Source: Paraspadella gotoi (Eukaryota; Animalia; Chaetognatha). From it: a DNA stretch of 64,000 nt. The notes beneath the pieces are model-generated. The model was not told the DNA's origin. It searched no databases and worked only from the letters and a program-made list of their open reading frames with translations. This document shows, in pieces, positions 18,821 through 29,083 of this stretch. Every line of letters starts with the position of its first letter. Position 1 is the stretch's first letter. The stretch spans positions 21,279,987-21,343,986 of the forward strand of contig CM119266.1 in the NCBI GenBank assembly GCA_051294375.1. The letters are read 5' to 3'. Made by a program: the position numbers and the translations under genes.

Positions 18821-19330
18821 AAGGGATGGGAGGGAGGAGAGATGTGGTAGAGAGATAACAAGGGCACGATATTGGAGTTGACTTGAATGTACATATTTCT
18901 TTTCTGTCTAAATCTGTGACACTCTTTTCGTCTTAATGCTGGGCACCAAAAAAAGGAGAAATTATTTAAAATAAGGTAAAATGAAATTTCCGTAAATCCA
19001 TTTAAATTTCAAGGACTTAATCCTTTTTTTTTAGAAAAGGCGTCGCTTTTCAATTTGGAATTGAAATTGAAAAAAAAGACCCGAAATATGGAAATTGACG
19101 TTGGAGAAAAACTCGGTAGAGGGCGGGCCAGGCGACGGGAGAAAAGCAGACGAGACAACTTTGGCAGAAACGAAAAGGTTTCGAGGAAATTGTTTATATT
19201 AAAACTATATTTTGTTTGGAATGAATGAGATTGGGTGTTAAATAATCGAAATATCTTTTAAAGACATAGAAAGTAATCAACCTTGATGAATCTTGATTAG
19301 TTGAAAATCAGAAGAAAGAAGATAGAAGTG

Positions 19331-19423
<93 letters not shown>

Positions 19424-20690
19424 CCCGCCCACTGCGAAATGGCATAATACGTTTTGATCATGGTGCAGATTTCTTCTGGTCAGAATTTTTGTGGTGAGAA
19501 TTATGTGGGAAAGGATGGAGTTGGAGGCGGAGGTGGGGGGGGTAAGTTTTGGGAATCCAGATTAGGAAAGTACGAAAGAAATAGTAGAGTTGGGAAAATA
19601 TTAAGCATTTTATAAGACTGCCTATGCCTATGCGGATGTGTTTCGGAAGAGAGGATTTGGAAAGAATGAATGAAACACGAGTGAAGATCAAAGCCGGCTT
19701 TTCGTGAATTTAAAAAAAAGTAAATGATATCACTGGCATAAAATTCTATTCCCTCATTTGAATTCTTTGATCAATATCAAAAGGGAAGTTAAAAAAGTCA
19801 CTGTAATTGTATTTTGTGTGGCCTTTCCTTGTACGAAATTACTAGGAAATAAATTGCCTTTACCAAAATCAAGCTCGAGTTCGAATTTGTCTTGCTAAAA
19901 ATTCTATCTCCACTCACTTTGAAAAGAAAACAACGTAGTGGTCTAGTGAAAAAAAAAAAAAGAAAAGAGATTGGAGGACAAAGAAGCCTGGGGTGAGAAT
20001 CACAGCCTTGGTCATCCTGGTGAGAGTGAGTCGGCCCACCAAGAGCGATAATGTTGCCATCGCCTCGACTTTGCTTTTCCGCTCGATGGAACGTTCGCTT
20101 TTATGGCGCAGTTTTACTTTTTGCTTCAATGATCAGTCTATATCTAGACATATTGATTAATTTTGATAATTTTTATTAATTTTGATTATCGAATCGACCT
20201 TTCTGATTAATCATAACGCAATCTGAGAAGTACTTTCGTTTTAAGTTTGAGCAACGAAATGTTAACGGAATGCATATTATATTAATATATATATTAATTA
20301 GTAAAATTGACTAAGAATAAGAATTAGGAGAGAAGTAAGGGAAACGGATAAGAAACAAATTAAAGGAAATTTTATTAAAGAGATGATTAAAGAGATTAAA
20401 GAGGAGGAAGTGGAGGAAGAGGAGGAAGAAGAGGAAGAGGAGAAGTTTGAAAAGACGAAGAAACAGATGACGTCAAATAAGTGAAGATGAAAAACATAAA
20501 AGAAAAAAAAGAGGAAAAAGAAAGAAAAGTAAAAGAGAAAAAGATGGGAGAAGGAAGAGGAGGAGGAAGAGGAGGGTGACGAAAAAGCAAATGAGATTGA
20601 GGCGGCGAAGCGAATAGATTTGATTTTTCTATTTTATTTCATACATTTCTTTTCTGTTATCTATTGATTATTATCTATTATCTATTATCG

Positions 20691-20996
20691 TCTTAAATAT
20701 AGTTTTTTACATTTTTGACCAAATTAATGAAATAATTTTTTTTTTAAATTTTACTTTCTTATATCAACTTTTTGCAAGGAATCTAAATCCGATCTTAAAA
20801 TTTAAAAAAAATTTATTTTGAAATTTTAGCCTATTATATACTTTTCACTATATATATATAAATATAGCTCACTGGTCCCCACTAATGTAAAAAATTAAAA
20901 AATAAATTTACCAAATTATTTTTATTGGTTTTTATTTTCATGTTTTATATGCTAAATTTTAATTTTGTAAAATTTTATTATTTTCACATTACTCTA
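20691..20996 (-). mobile_element. Half copy (one arm) of the hAT-type MITE at 26920-27533
   Basis: Diverged reverse complement of 26920-27221, ending in TTTTCACATTACTCTA, the element terminus. Confidence 0.85.
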
Positions 20997-21545
20997 CTCT
21001 TCAATCCGGATTAATTCTAAACAACATTTAAACTTTACAAAATTTAACTTCATAATATCAGAGATTCTGGGTCCTTTTTCATCTTCCATTGACTTTCTTT
21101 CACTTCTTCAAAACGTCACGTAATTTTTGATGTTTGGAAAAGGATCGACGACGGCGGCGGTGCGAGCGGCCGGAAGCGGCAGTGGCGAGGGTGATGTTCA
21201 TGCTTGGCGGAAAGAGTTCGGTCAACTCAGGTCTTTCACTTCCCGTCCCACTTTGTTCGACACGCATACTTGCAGACCATACTCTCTCTCTCTCTCTCTC
21301 CTCTCACTCTCTCACATCAAGGGCGGACCATGCTCTCCCCTCTTTTCTCTCCCGGTGCTTTCTGGTCAGCCGACGCGGAAGTCGGCGGAGGAAAAGATGG
21401 TATCGATAATATTTGTGTCTTTTATGAAAATCCAAGCGGCGGAAAAAAAGGCAGCGGAAGTTGAATTTCGAGTTGATGAGACGATCTCGCGGAGAAGGAG
21501 ATGGCAGAGAAGGAGAGAAGAGGGAGAAAGGGAAGGAGATTGAAG

Positions 21546-21600
21546 GAAGAAGAAGAAGAAGAAGAAGAAGAAGAAGAAGAAGAAGAAGAAGAAGAAGAAG
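21546..21600. repeat. (GAA)n microsatellite
   Basis: Direct trinucleotide repeat. Confidence 0.95.
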
Positions 21601-22107
21601 AGAGAGAAGTCAAAGGAAAATTTTCTTTCCTCCTTTTCCTCCCTTTTCTTTTTTTTTTATTGACGGAAGCGGCGAAGATGAATGGGACGAAGATGAAAAG
21701 TTTTTTTTTTGTCGACTGAAAAAAAAAAGAAATCGACAAAAGCGCGGGAATTTTTGAATTCGATCCGCGTTGGTATTTTGTTTTTTTTAATGAGTCTTAA
21801 TCAAAACTCAAAAATGTTTGTAAATAAGTTTAAGCCCTGACGGTCTCAAGTTGATTTTTTTTTAACTCTCCGTCAGCTTAAAATATCACCAAAAAAACGT
21901 AAGGACCAACAATGAAGTCAGAGAGTTCGCCTCGAAAACCAATCCACATGATCCGCAAAATCTCAATTTAGTCTGCCAACAAAGAATTAGGCTTAACGAA
22001 TTTTAAACAAATCACAAAGCAAAGTTTTTTGGCCACAACCAATCGGTTTAAACTCTCACAACACCCCTTCAACACTCCGGAAAATCTTCAACTAAACTAC
22101 GTTTCCC

Positions 22108-22360
22108 TTTTCACTCTTCAGTCTCGACTTCAGCTCAACTCCTTTTAAAGCTCACCTTTTCATTCTTCAGTCTCGACTTCAACTCCATTCCTTTCATCAC
22201 TCATATTTTGACTCTTCAGTCTCGACTTCAGCTCTACTCCTTTTATTGCTCACCTTTCCACTCTTCAGTTTCGACTTCAGCTCTACTCCTTTCAACGCTC
22301 ACATTTTCACTCTTCCATCTCGACTTCAGGTCTACTCCTTTCATCGCTCACCTTTTCACT
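22108..22360. repeat. Minisatellite, 49-bp unit x5
   Basis: Unit approximately TTTTCACTCTTCAGTCTCGACTTCAGCTCTACTCCTTTTAAAGCTCACC, with substitutions but constant length. Confidence 0.9.
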
Positions 22361-23434
22361 TTACTTAATGGTTTGCGTATTTACCATTTAATGCACCTTC
22401 TACATTTTGGGACGTTAAGGTTGAAAGAAGAAAACTGAGAAACTTTTCACAGAGACCTTGACTCAACCGATTGGCAGAGTGAGTGAATGGAATGAACCAA
22501 TTAGGTCGTCCACTATTCCTAAGTTGGGTTTAGCTTCAACGACTTTCCAGCCTCGAACAAACTATTTTTTAGTTTATAAAAATATAAACCAAAGAAGGGA
22601 CGAGGAATTTTCTGATTTCCAAAGGTTTGTATTGATGACACTTCTTTTTCGGACTGATGTTTACAATATCGAATTAACAAAATCATAATGAAATTAATAA
22701 ATTTACATTACTTTTCTATAAAAATATTTTTTTTAATTGCTGCCAAATATGGCTTTTTAATAATAAATATTGAAAAACAATCAATTTTTTTAAAAATATC
22801 TCAAAATCAAAAATTAATTTTATGATAAAAATAAACAAGTTTGAGAAAACAATGTCGGATCTGCCAACGATCATTAGCGGTAATTAAATAATTAATTCAA
22901 GTTAATTAATAATTAGGAAATTAATAAATTAATTAATTTGATCCGAAATATTCGTTTTTAGATCTTTTCGTCACTGACCACGCGAAAAGCAACAACGACG
23001 ATGATGGCGACGACGACAATAATGCCGATAACGATTGGGTTAATTGATTGTTTCTTTTATGTTTCTATATGTCAGTGAGATTCATCCATCCAATATAGTT
23101 TCTTTCGGTGTGAAAGAAGTGTCTACTTTTTTTTGCGCCGCNNNNNNNNNNNNNNNNNNNNNNNNNCAGATCTCATCCATCGTCTCCGACCCTCTCGGTC
23201 TCACTCTCTCTCTTCTCTCTCAGTAAGTAACGTATACCTATTCTCCTCCGTTCATCTCATCTCTCTCCTCTCTTTCTCGCTCTTTCTCTTCTCTCACAAA
23301 TAATTCCCCATCAGCAAATGACCATAAGCAATACATGATATGCGACGGCAAAGGAATTACAAAAAAAACTTTCTATAAAAACTTTCTTCTCCCTCCTGTG
23401 TGTTCTCTCGTCTGAGAAAACCCGCTACTGAGAT

Positions 23435-24933
23435 ACTCTTCATTTGTTTTTACGGGGGTCATCTCCTGCATTTGTACCCCTCCTCTCCCTCCATTACCCC
23501 TTCTCCCATCGTTTTCTCTTTACTTTTTCTTGTTCTTTTTCCCTCTTTTTTTTTCATATCTCATGTTTTTCATCTTCACTTTATTTGACGTGCATTGGTT
23601 TCTTCGTCTTTTCAAACTTCATCCCTCTTCGTCTTCTCTCCTGCCCTCTTCTCACTTCTCCATCTTTAATCTCTTTAAAATCATCTCTTTTACTAACAAA
23701 TTTCCTTTAATTTTGGTTTCTTATCCGTTCCCTTACTTCTCTCCGTAATCTTATTTTTAAAGTTCAATTTTACTAATTAAATATATGATATTAATATAAC
23801 TCATGCATCCGGTTAACATTCTATTTGTTGGCTCAAACTTAAAAACGAAAGTATTCTCAGATGTGAGATATATGATAAAAATCGAGAAAGGTCGATTGAT
23901 AATGAAAATTAATTTAAAATATAACATCTAAATATATATAAATAATATACATTACGTAATGATAATACCTTACAAATATATAGGCAGCAAAAGTAACTAC
24001 CATAAAGGCGGTCACGCATAACCGAACTCTCGAGCGAGAAAACACAAACACGCGACGCCGGCTGGGCGGCATGGGGTGCAGGCAGATGGGCCCCATTTCT
24101 CGAATGATACAACTGCTGGCCTCTTGCTTTGTTCTGACTCGCTCTGCTGGGTTCGGCCTTTCGGGTCCGAGGTTCGGGCCCCTCCCGACTCAAGTCGTCG
24201 ACCAATGGATGACCACAATCGAGGCTGTGATTCTGATATCTCACCTCCTCCCAGGCTTGCTTTGTCGCGTCTCAATCTCTTCTCTTTTTCCTTTTTCTTT
24301 CTTTTTTCACTCTAGAACTACCAATCTGGTTTTCTTTTTGCAAAAGTGAGTTCAAAGGGATAGAAATTTTTAGCAAGGCAAATTCGACACTGATATATAG
24401 GGTGGGAGGGAGAGTTTATTTTCGTAGTAATTTCGTACAAGGAAGGCCACACAAAATACAATTACAGTGACTTTTAACTTCCCTTTTGATATTGATGCAA
24501 AGAATTCAAATGACGGATGAAGAATTTTATGCAGTTGTTTACTTTTCTTTTTTAAGATTCCACGAATACACGTCCGGCTTTTGATCTTCACACTCGTGGT
24601 TTCATTCAATCTCTTTCCAATCCTCTTCTTACGAAACTACCATCCGCATAGGCCATAGGTAGTCTTTATACATGCTTAATATTTTCCCAACGCTCCTAGA
24701 GAGCTATTTCTTGTTCGCCTTAAGGTTCTGGGGAGTTACCTGGAAAACTCTTACTCCCTCCCCCCACCCGTCGACTCGCACAGCTCCATCTCTTTCCCAC
24801 ATAATTCTCACCACAAAAATTCTGTATATCCAGAAACACGAACATCTGCACCATGATGCAAAACGTATTCTATGCCCCATTTCCCGCGGTGGGCCGGAGA
24901 TTCTCCTCTCCTCTCCTCTCTCCCTCTTCTCTC
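23435..24933 (-). repeat. Noisy inverted copy of about 19400-20605
   Basis: 24425-24497 matches the reverse complement of 19770-19844 apart from single-base indels. The match is collinear along the whole block and starts about 270 bp after a 25-N gap. Confidence 0.9.
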
Positions 24934-25284
24934 AGAGAGAGAGAGAGAGAGAAATTAAATCCTTTTCTGTGGCTGAAAACTAAATGGGGAGAAGTAAAGA
25001 CTGTATGTAGAAGCCGAAGGAGAAGCAGGCGCAACACTAAATTCTGTTTCAATTATAGTTCATGTAAAGTTTTTAACAATAAGAAAAACGTCCCCAGTAA
25101 ACCCCACGACTGATTTTAGCGTTTTTATTGCTGGATTTATAAATGATTTATTAATGCGTTTGACGAGAGCGGCGAGGATGATTTAAAAAAACGTAGTATT
25201 GACCGCTTGTTTTCCCAAATTCACATTTTAGACGAGATGTTGATTTTAAAACGCGATCGACTGAGGTCGACAACAACGAAACAT

Positions 25285-25333
25285 ATCGCAATGGAATCGC
25301 AATAGAATCGCAGTGGAATCGCAATGGAATCGC
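25285..25333. repeat. 11-bp tandem repeat (GCAATGGAATC) x4
   Basis: Seen directly. Confidence 0.85.
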
Positions 25334-25855
25334 CGCTTTCTCCGCTTTCTCCGCTCCTTCGCCGCCTTGGCTCGTATGACTTTTCTTCCATCGCCCGGCG
25401 CCGGCGCGTGACGAAAGTGACCTCGCGACGCGACCCCCGCGCGTCAAAACGTCACACCGACGATGGAAAAAAAAAGGCGCCAGCGACATCTGCATCGGCC
25501 ACGTCAAAATCCTCGCCACCCGGATGTCATTCAACAAGTCACGCAAAAAGATCCGGGTGTCATGGGAAATGCCCGTATGTTATGAACAAAAACTTGGATG
25601 GGATTAAATAAAACACGAATATCAATCATAAGTCGTTATTTAAAAGAGCCGGATGTAATTCCGATGTACCCGGATGTCATTCGAAAATCACTATGGAATC
25701 CAGAAAAAAGCTCAAAGGGCATCGGGCAAGCGCGCGGGCAAGAAAGACCAACGAGCGCTTAACACCAACATGTAAATAGAATTGAAAAGTTGACACTGAC
25801 GCCATGACGTTCCGACTCCAGAATGATAACAACAACACCCAAGGGGGAGAGAAAC

Positions 25856-25968
<113 letters not shown>

Positions 25969-26166
25969 TCGGCGAGTGGTGGCTGAGAACTCATATACAT
26001 GTGGCGACTTCGCGAGAACCAGGTCAAAGGCGATGTCAGTCGCGGCTTCAGATGGGAGATTGTTCGGGGGAAAATATTTGTGATCTGAGAAGGAAAAGAG
26101 AGAGGAAGAGAGAAAAGACCTAAAAAAAAAAATTGGAAAAATAAAAGGAAAAAAGTAAAAAAAAAC

Positions 26167-26264
26167 CCGGAAATTAAAAGGTAACTGTACTAAAGTTACT
26201 AACTGAAGTTACTAACTGTTACTAACGGAAATTAAAAGGTAACTGTACTAAAGTTACTAACTGA
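26167..26264. repeat. Direct duplication of CGGAAATTAAAAGGTAACTGTACTAAAGTTACTAACTGA with GTTACTAAC subrepeats
   Basis: Seen directly. Confidence 0.85.
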
Positions 26265-26466
26265 TATAAGTTATTTTTCAGGTTGTGTTCACAAAAGTTT
26301 GTTCCCGAGAGAAAATTGTATTCTTAAATTACGAATATGACGTTGTTTGCTGCGACGACGAATACGATGACGACGACAACAACGACGACGATGACGACGA
26401 CTTTTCCAAATCGTGGCGATTCCTGAATCCAATTGACTTTTGCCACTTTTGTTTACGTCGATTTTG

Positions 26467-26504
<38 letters not shown>

Positions 26505-26919
26505 AAAATATGCAAATGGCGTCCAAACCGTCCAGCGACGGAGATTCTAACATCCGCGTTGCACTTTCTGGCAAGATGTGGCGAAAAGAGCGATGAGGAA
26601 TGCAAGATGTACATTGTACAATATATCTCCTATTTGTTGTTTATTGTACTTCGCGCTTTATATATATTTAACATCCATTTCAATTTGATTCAAGACATAT
26701 ATTCTCATTTTATTATCAGAAAAATTCGTACTATTTTCGCATTACCCTTTTCAAATTAATTAACGAAAATTTCAAAATTAAACAGGAATTAATTTTAACA
26801 AAAAGAGAGGCATTCTAAAAACAGTCAAACTGAATTAGGGTCACATCTTTTTTTGAAACCTAATTACTTTCACTTTCATTTTTAAAAAATCCCGAAAAAC
26901 AAAGTTGCTCACTGCTCAG

Positions 26920-27533
26920 TAGAGTGATGTGAAAATGATAAAATTTTAGAAAATTAAAATTTAGCATATAAAACATGAACATAAAAACCATTAAAAATAC
27001 TTTAGTAAATTTATTTTTTAATTTTATACATTAGTGGGCACCAGTGAGCTATATGTAAATATAGTAATAAGTATATAATAGGCTAAAATTTTAAAATGCA
27101 AATTTTCAAATTTTAAGATCGGATTTGGATTTCTTTCAAAAAGTTGTTAAAAGAAAGTATAATTCTTTTTTAAAAATTATTTTATTAAGTTAGTCAAAAA
27201 TGTAAAAAACTATATTTAAGATACCGATTTTTAATTTACGGTTTAAAAAATATAGTTTTTTGTAATTTTAACCTACTTAATGACTTAATTTTTGAAAAAG
27301 ATTTATATTTTCTTTTATCAACTTTTAACGAGGAATCTGAATCTGTTTTCAGAATTAAAAAAAAACATTTTAAAATTTTGACATTATATAAGGGTAGTAC
27401 TATATACAAAATAAGCTGACTGGGCTACTATATTTGTAAAAAAAGAAAAATAACTACAGATTAGTATCCACTAATATGATAGTTTTCAAGATATAACTGC
27501 TAAATTTCAATTCCAAACTTTCACTTCACCCTA
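26920..27533. mobile_element. Non-autonomous hAT-superfamily element (foldback MITE, 614 bp)
   Basis: Termini are TAGAGTGATGTGAAA and TTTCACTTCACCCTA. A perfect 8-bp flanking duplication CTGCTCAG lies at 26912-26919 and 27534-27541. The two arms of about 300 bp are diverged inverted copies centred near 27232. TAGRG termini with an 8-bp TSD are typical of hAT. Confidence 0.85.
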
Positions 27534-27537
27534 CTGC

Positions 27538-27667
27538 TCAGCATTTAGGAACAGGGCAGTATTCCCAAGATTTTTTATGCCCCAAAGATTTTTTTTTGTA
27601 GCACCAAGGACGATCACCATTGTCTGGATTTCTGCAGTAGTTCTCGACTAGTCCAGCATTTGGTTTC
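27538..27667 (-). CDS. EGF-EGF-kringle secreted protein, exon 5 (kringle C-half and stop)
   Basis: TTTTAG acceptor; translates KPNAGLVENYCRNPDNGDRPWCYKKKSLGHKKSWEYCPVPKC-TGA, containing the canonical kringle YCRNPD, PWCY and WEYC motifs. Confidence 0.95.
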
Positions 27668-27742
27668 CTAAAAATAAAGTTACATGCATTTTTTTTTCAG
27701 CCTCACTCTGCTAAAGGATTAAATAGATTTCAAAAAACTTAC

Positions 27743-27857
27743 TTTCTTGGGTTGTTATGGGGCGAAATAGATTTGCTCCATGGTTGACAATCGAATCCAC
27801 TATTTGTAAATGACACGAAACCTCGATAATCACTTCCAGTTCCTGTGTAGCAATCCT
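27743..27857 (-). CDS. EGF-EGF-kringle secreted protein, exon 4 (kringle N-half)
   Basis: CCAG acceptor and GTAAGT donor; translates [37 protein letters not shown]. Its phase-2 end joins exon 5 in frame across a 75-nt intron. Confidence 0.95.
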
Positions 27858-28025
27858 CTGGACGAAAAAATATTACAGTTTCATTATTTTTTAAACAAAT
27901 TATCCCAATGACTTATTTTTATTTTATCAAAACTACCAAAAAAATTAATGGTTAAGATTTACAAAAACATAGGTAAAAATTGTACAATTTTGAAACTTTT
28001 TTAGTCAAAATATGTATTAACTTAC

Positions 28026-28139
28026 TTTTCTCGCAGTCTTTTCCAAAGTATACCAAAAGGCATTCGCATGAGTATCCATGTGAGCGGATTAGACAAGTGC
28101 CGCCGTTTTTGCACGGGTTGTTTGAGCAAGCATGGAGAG
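28026..28139 (-). CDS. EGF-EGF-kringle secreted protein, exon 3 (EGF-like domain 2)
   Basis: 114-nt phase 1-1 exon with AG and GTAAG boundaries; translates LHACSNNPCKNGGTCLIRSHGYSCECLLVYFGKDCEK (six Cys). Confidence 0.95.
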
Positions 28140-28283
28140 CTTAAGGGTGAAAACATTTTCATTATTGCCTAACAATCTTTACTCTCTCAGTGAAATCTCC
28201 TAAAAATTGTTTACGAATTAGCACTCAAAAAGAAATGTTTTGGACAATTCTTTTTATTTTATGTTAACTCTTGAACCACTCAC

Positions 28284-28397
28284 TTTTTTCACAGTTTTTT
28301 CCCACAAATGGTGCTTGGCAATTGCAAAAATAGGTTCCACTAAGTGGTATGCATGTACCACCATTCATGCATATTGTGTTAGCGCATGGGGATAAAG
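28284..28397 (-). CDS. EGF-EGF-kringle secreted protein, exon 2 (EGF-like domain 1)
   Basis: 114-nt phase 1-1 exon with TTCTAG and GTGAGT boundaries; translates LSPCANTICMNGGTCIPLSGTYFCNCQAPFVGKNCEK (six Cys). Confidence 0.95.
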
Positions 28398-28485
28398 CTA
28401 GAAAAAAAAGTTTCTTTATACTTAATTATGATTAATCAATCGATTAATCAATCAATCAACTAATTTATCAATCAATTAATCATTA

Positions 28486-28710
28486 TATGAAATTAGTACA
28501 ACAAATATAAAAAGTATTCATTCATTTAATAAATAAGCTATCTTACTTATTGTACTCCGCACAAGCATCAAAATACAAGGAGCTGAATTTATGAAATTGG
28601 TACTACCAATATAAAATTTATCCATACATTTAATAAATTAACTATCTTGCCCCTGACTTTGGACAGGCTTTGGTGGTTTAAGGCCTCCATCACACTTACA
28701 AGATAATCAC
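28486..28710. repeat. Dispersed AT-rich repeat in intron 1, with an internal duplication of about 59 bp; related copy near 62190-62320
   Basis: 28486-28544 resembles 28590-28648. CCCTGACTT...GGTTTAAGGCCTCCAT is shared with about 62260-62296. Confidence 0.6.
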
Positions 28711-29004
28711 ATAGCAGGTCCCTGCAAGCTTTCAATCAAGACTCTCTCACAGTCACTACCACAGTACCTGGCTTCTCTATCAACGAAGTGGTATAATATT
28801 TCAAAGAATGTTTCAATTGTAAGAAAAGACCACTATTATTATAAATTATAATTAATTATAATCATTAATCAGTAACCCTAACCTTCAAGTTAAGATCAAA
28901 CTTAAAAAATTAACCTTATTCCGAATTCAATATTTAATGGGGCATTCTTGGAAAATAAGGCCCACTGATTGAGTCTCACTCTTCCGCGCGTCTTCACTCT
29001 TTAC

Positions 29005-29083
29005 CTTCATTTTCAGCCGGAAATCCATGAGCGAATTGAGACACACCGAGGAAGAAGAGGGCGACGATGGCGCGTTGGGACAT
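29005..29083 (-). CDS. EGF-EGF-kringle secreted protein, exon 1 (signal peptide)
   Basis: ATG at 29083; translates MSQRAIVALFFLGVSQFAHGFPAENE, a hydrophobic core with an AHG|F cleavage-like site. The phase-1 G|GTAAAG donor is compatible with exon 2. The spliced CDS totals 552 nt. Confidence 0.85.

Noticed and set aside
22108-22360. CRISPR-like periodicity in the 49-bp repeat
   Set aside because: The whole unit is repeated with no distinct spacers, and the context is eukaryotic.
28700-28776. Possible extra exon in intron 1 of the kringle gene (RYCGSDCER..., GTAAGT donor)
   Set aside because: The phase-compatible frame has a TGA before the donor, the donor overlaps a dispersed repeat, and the gene model is complete without it.
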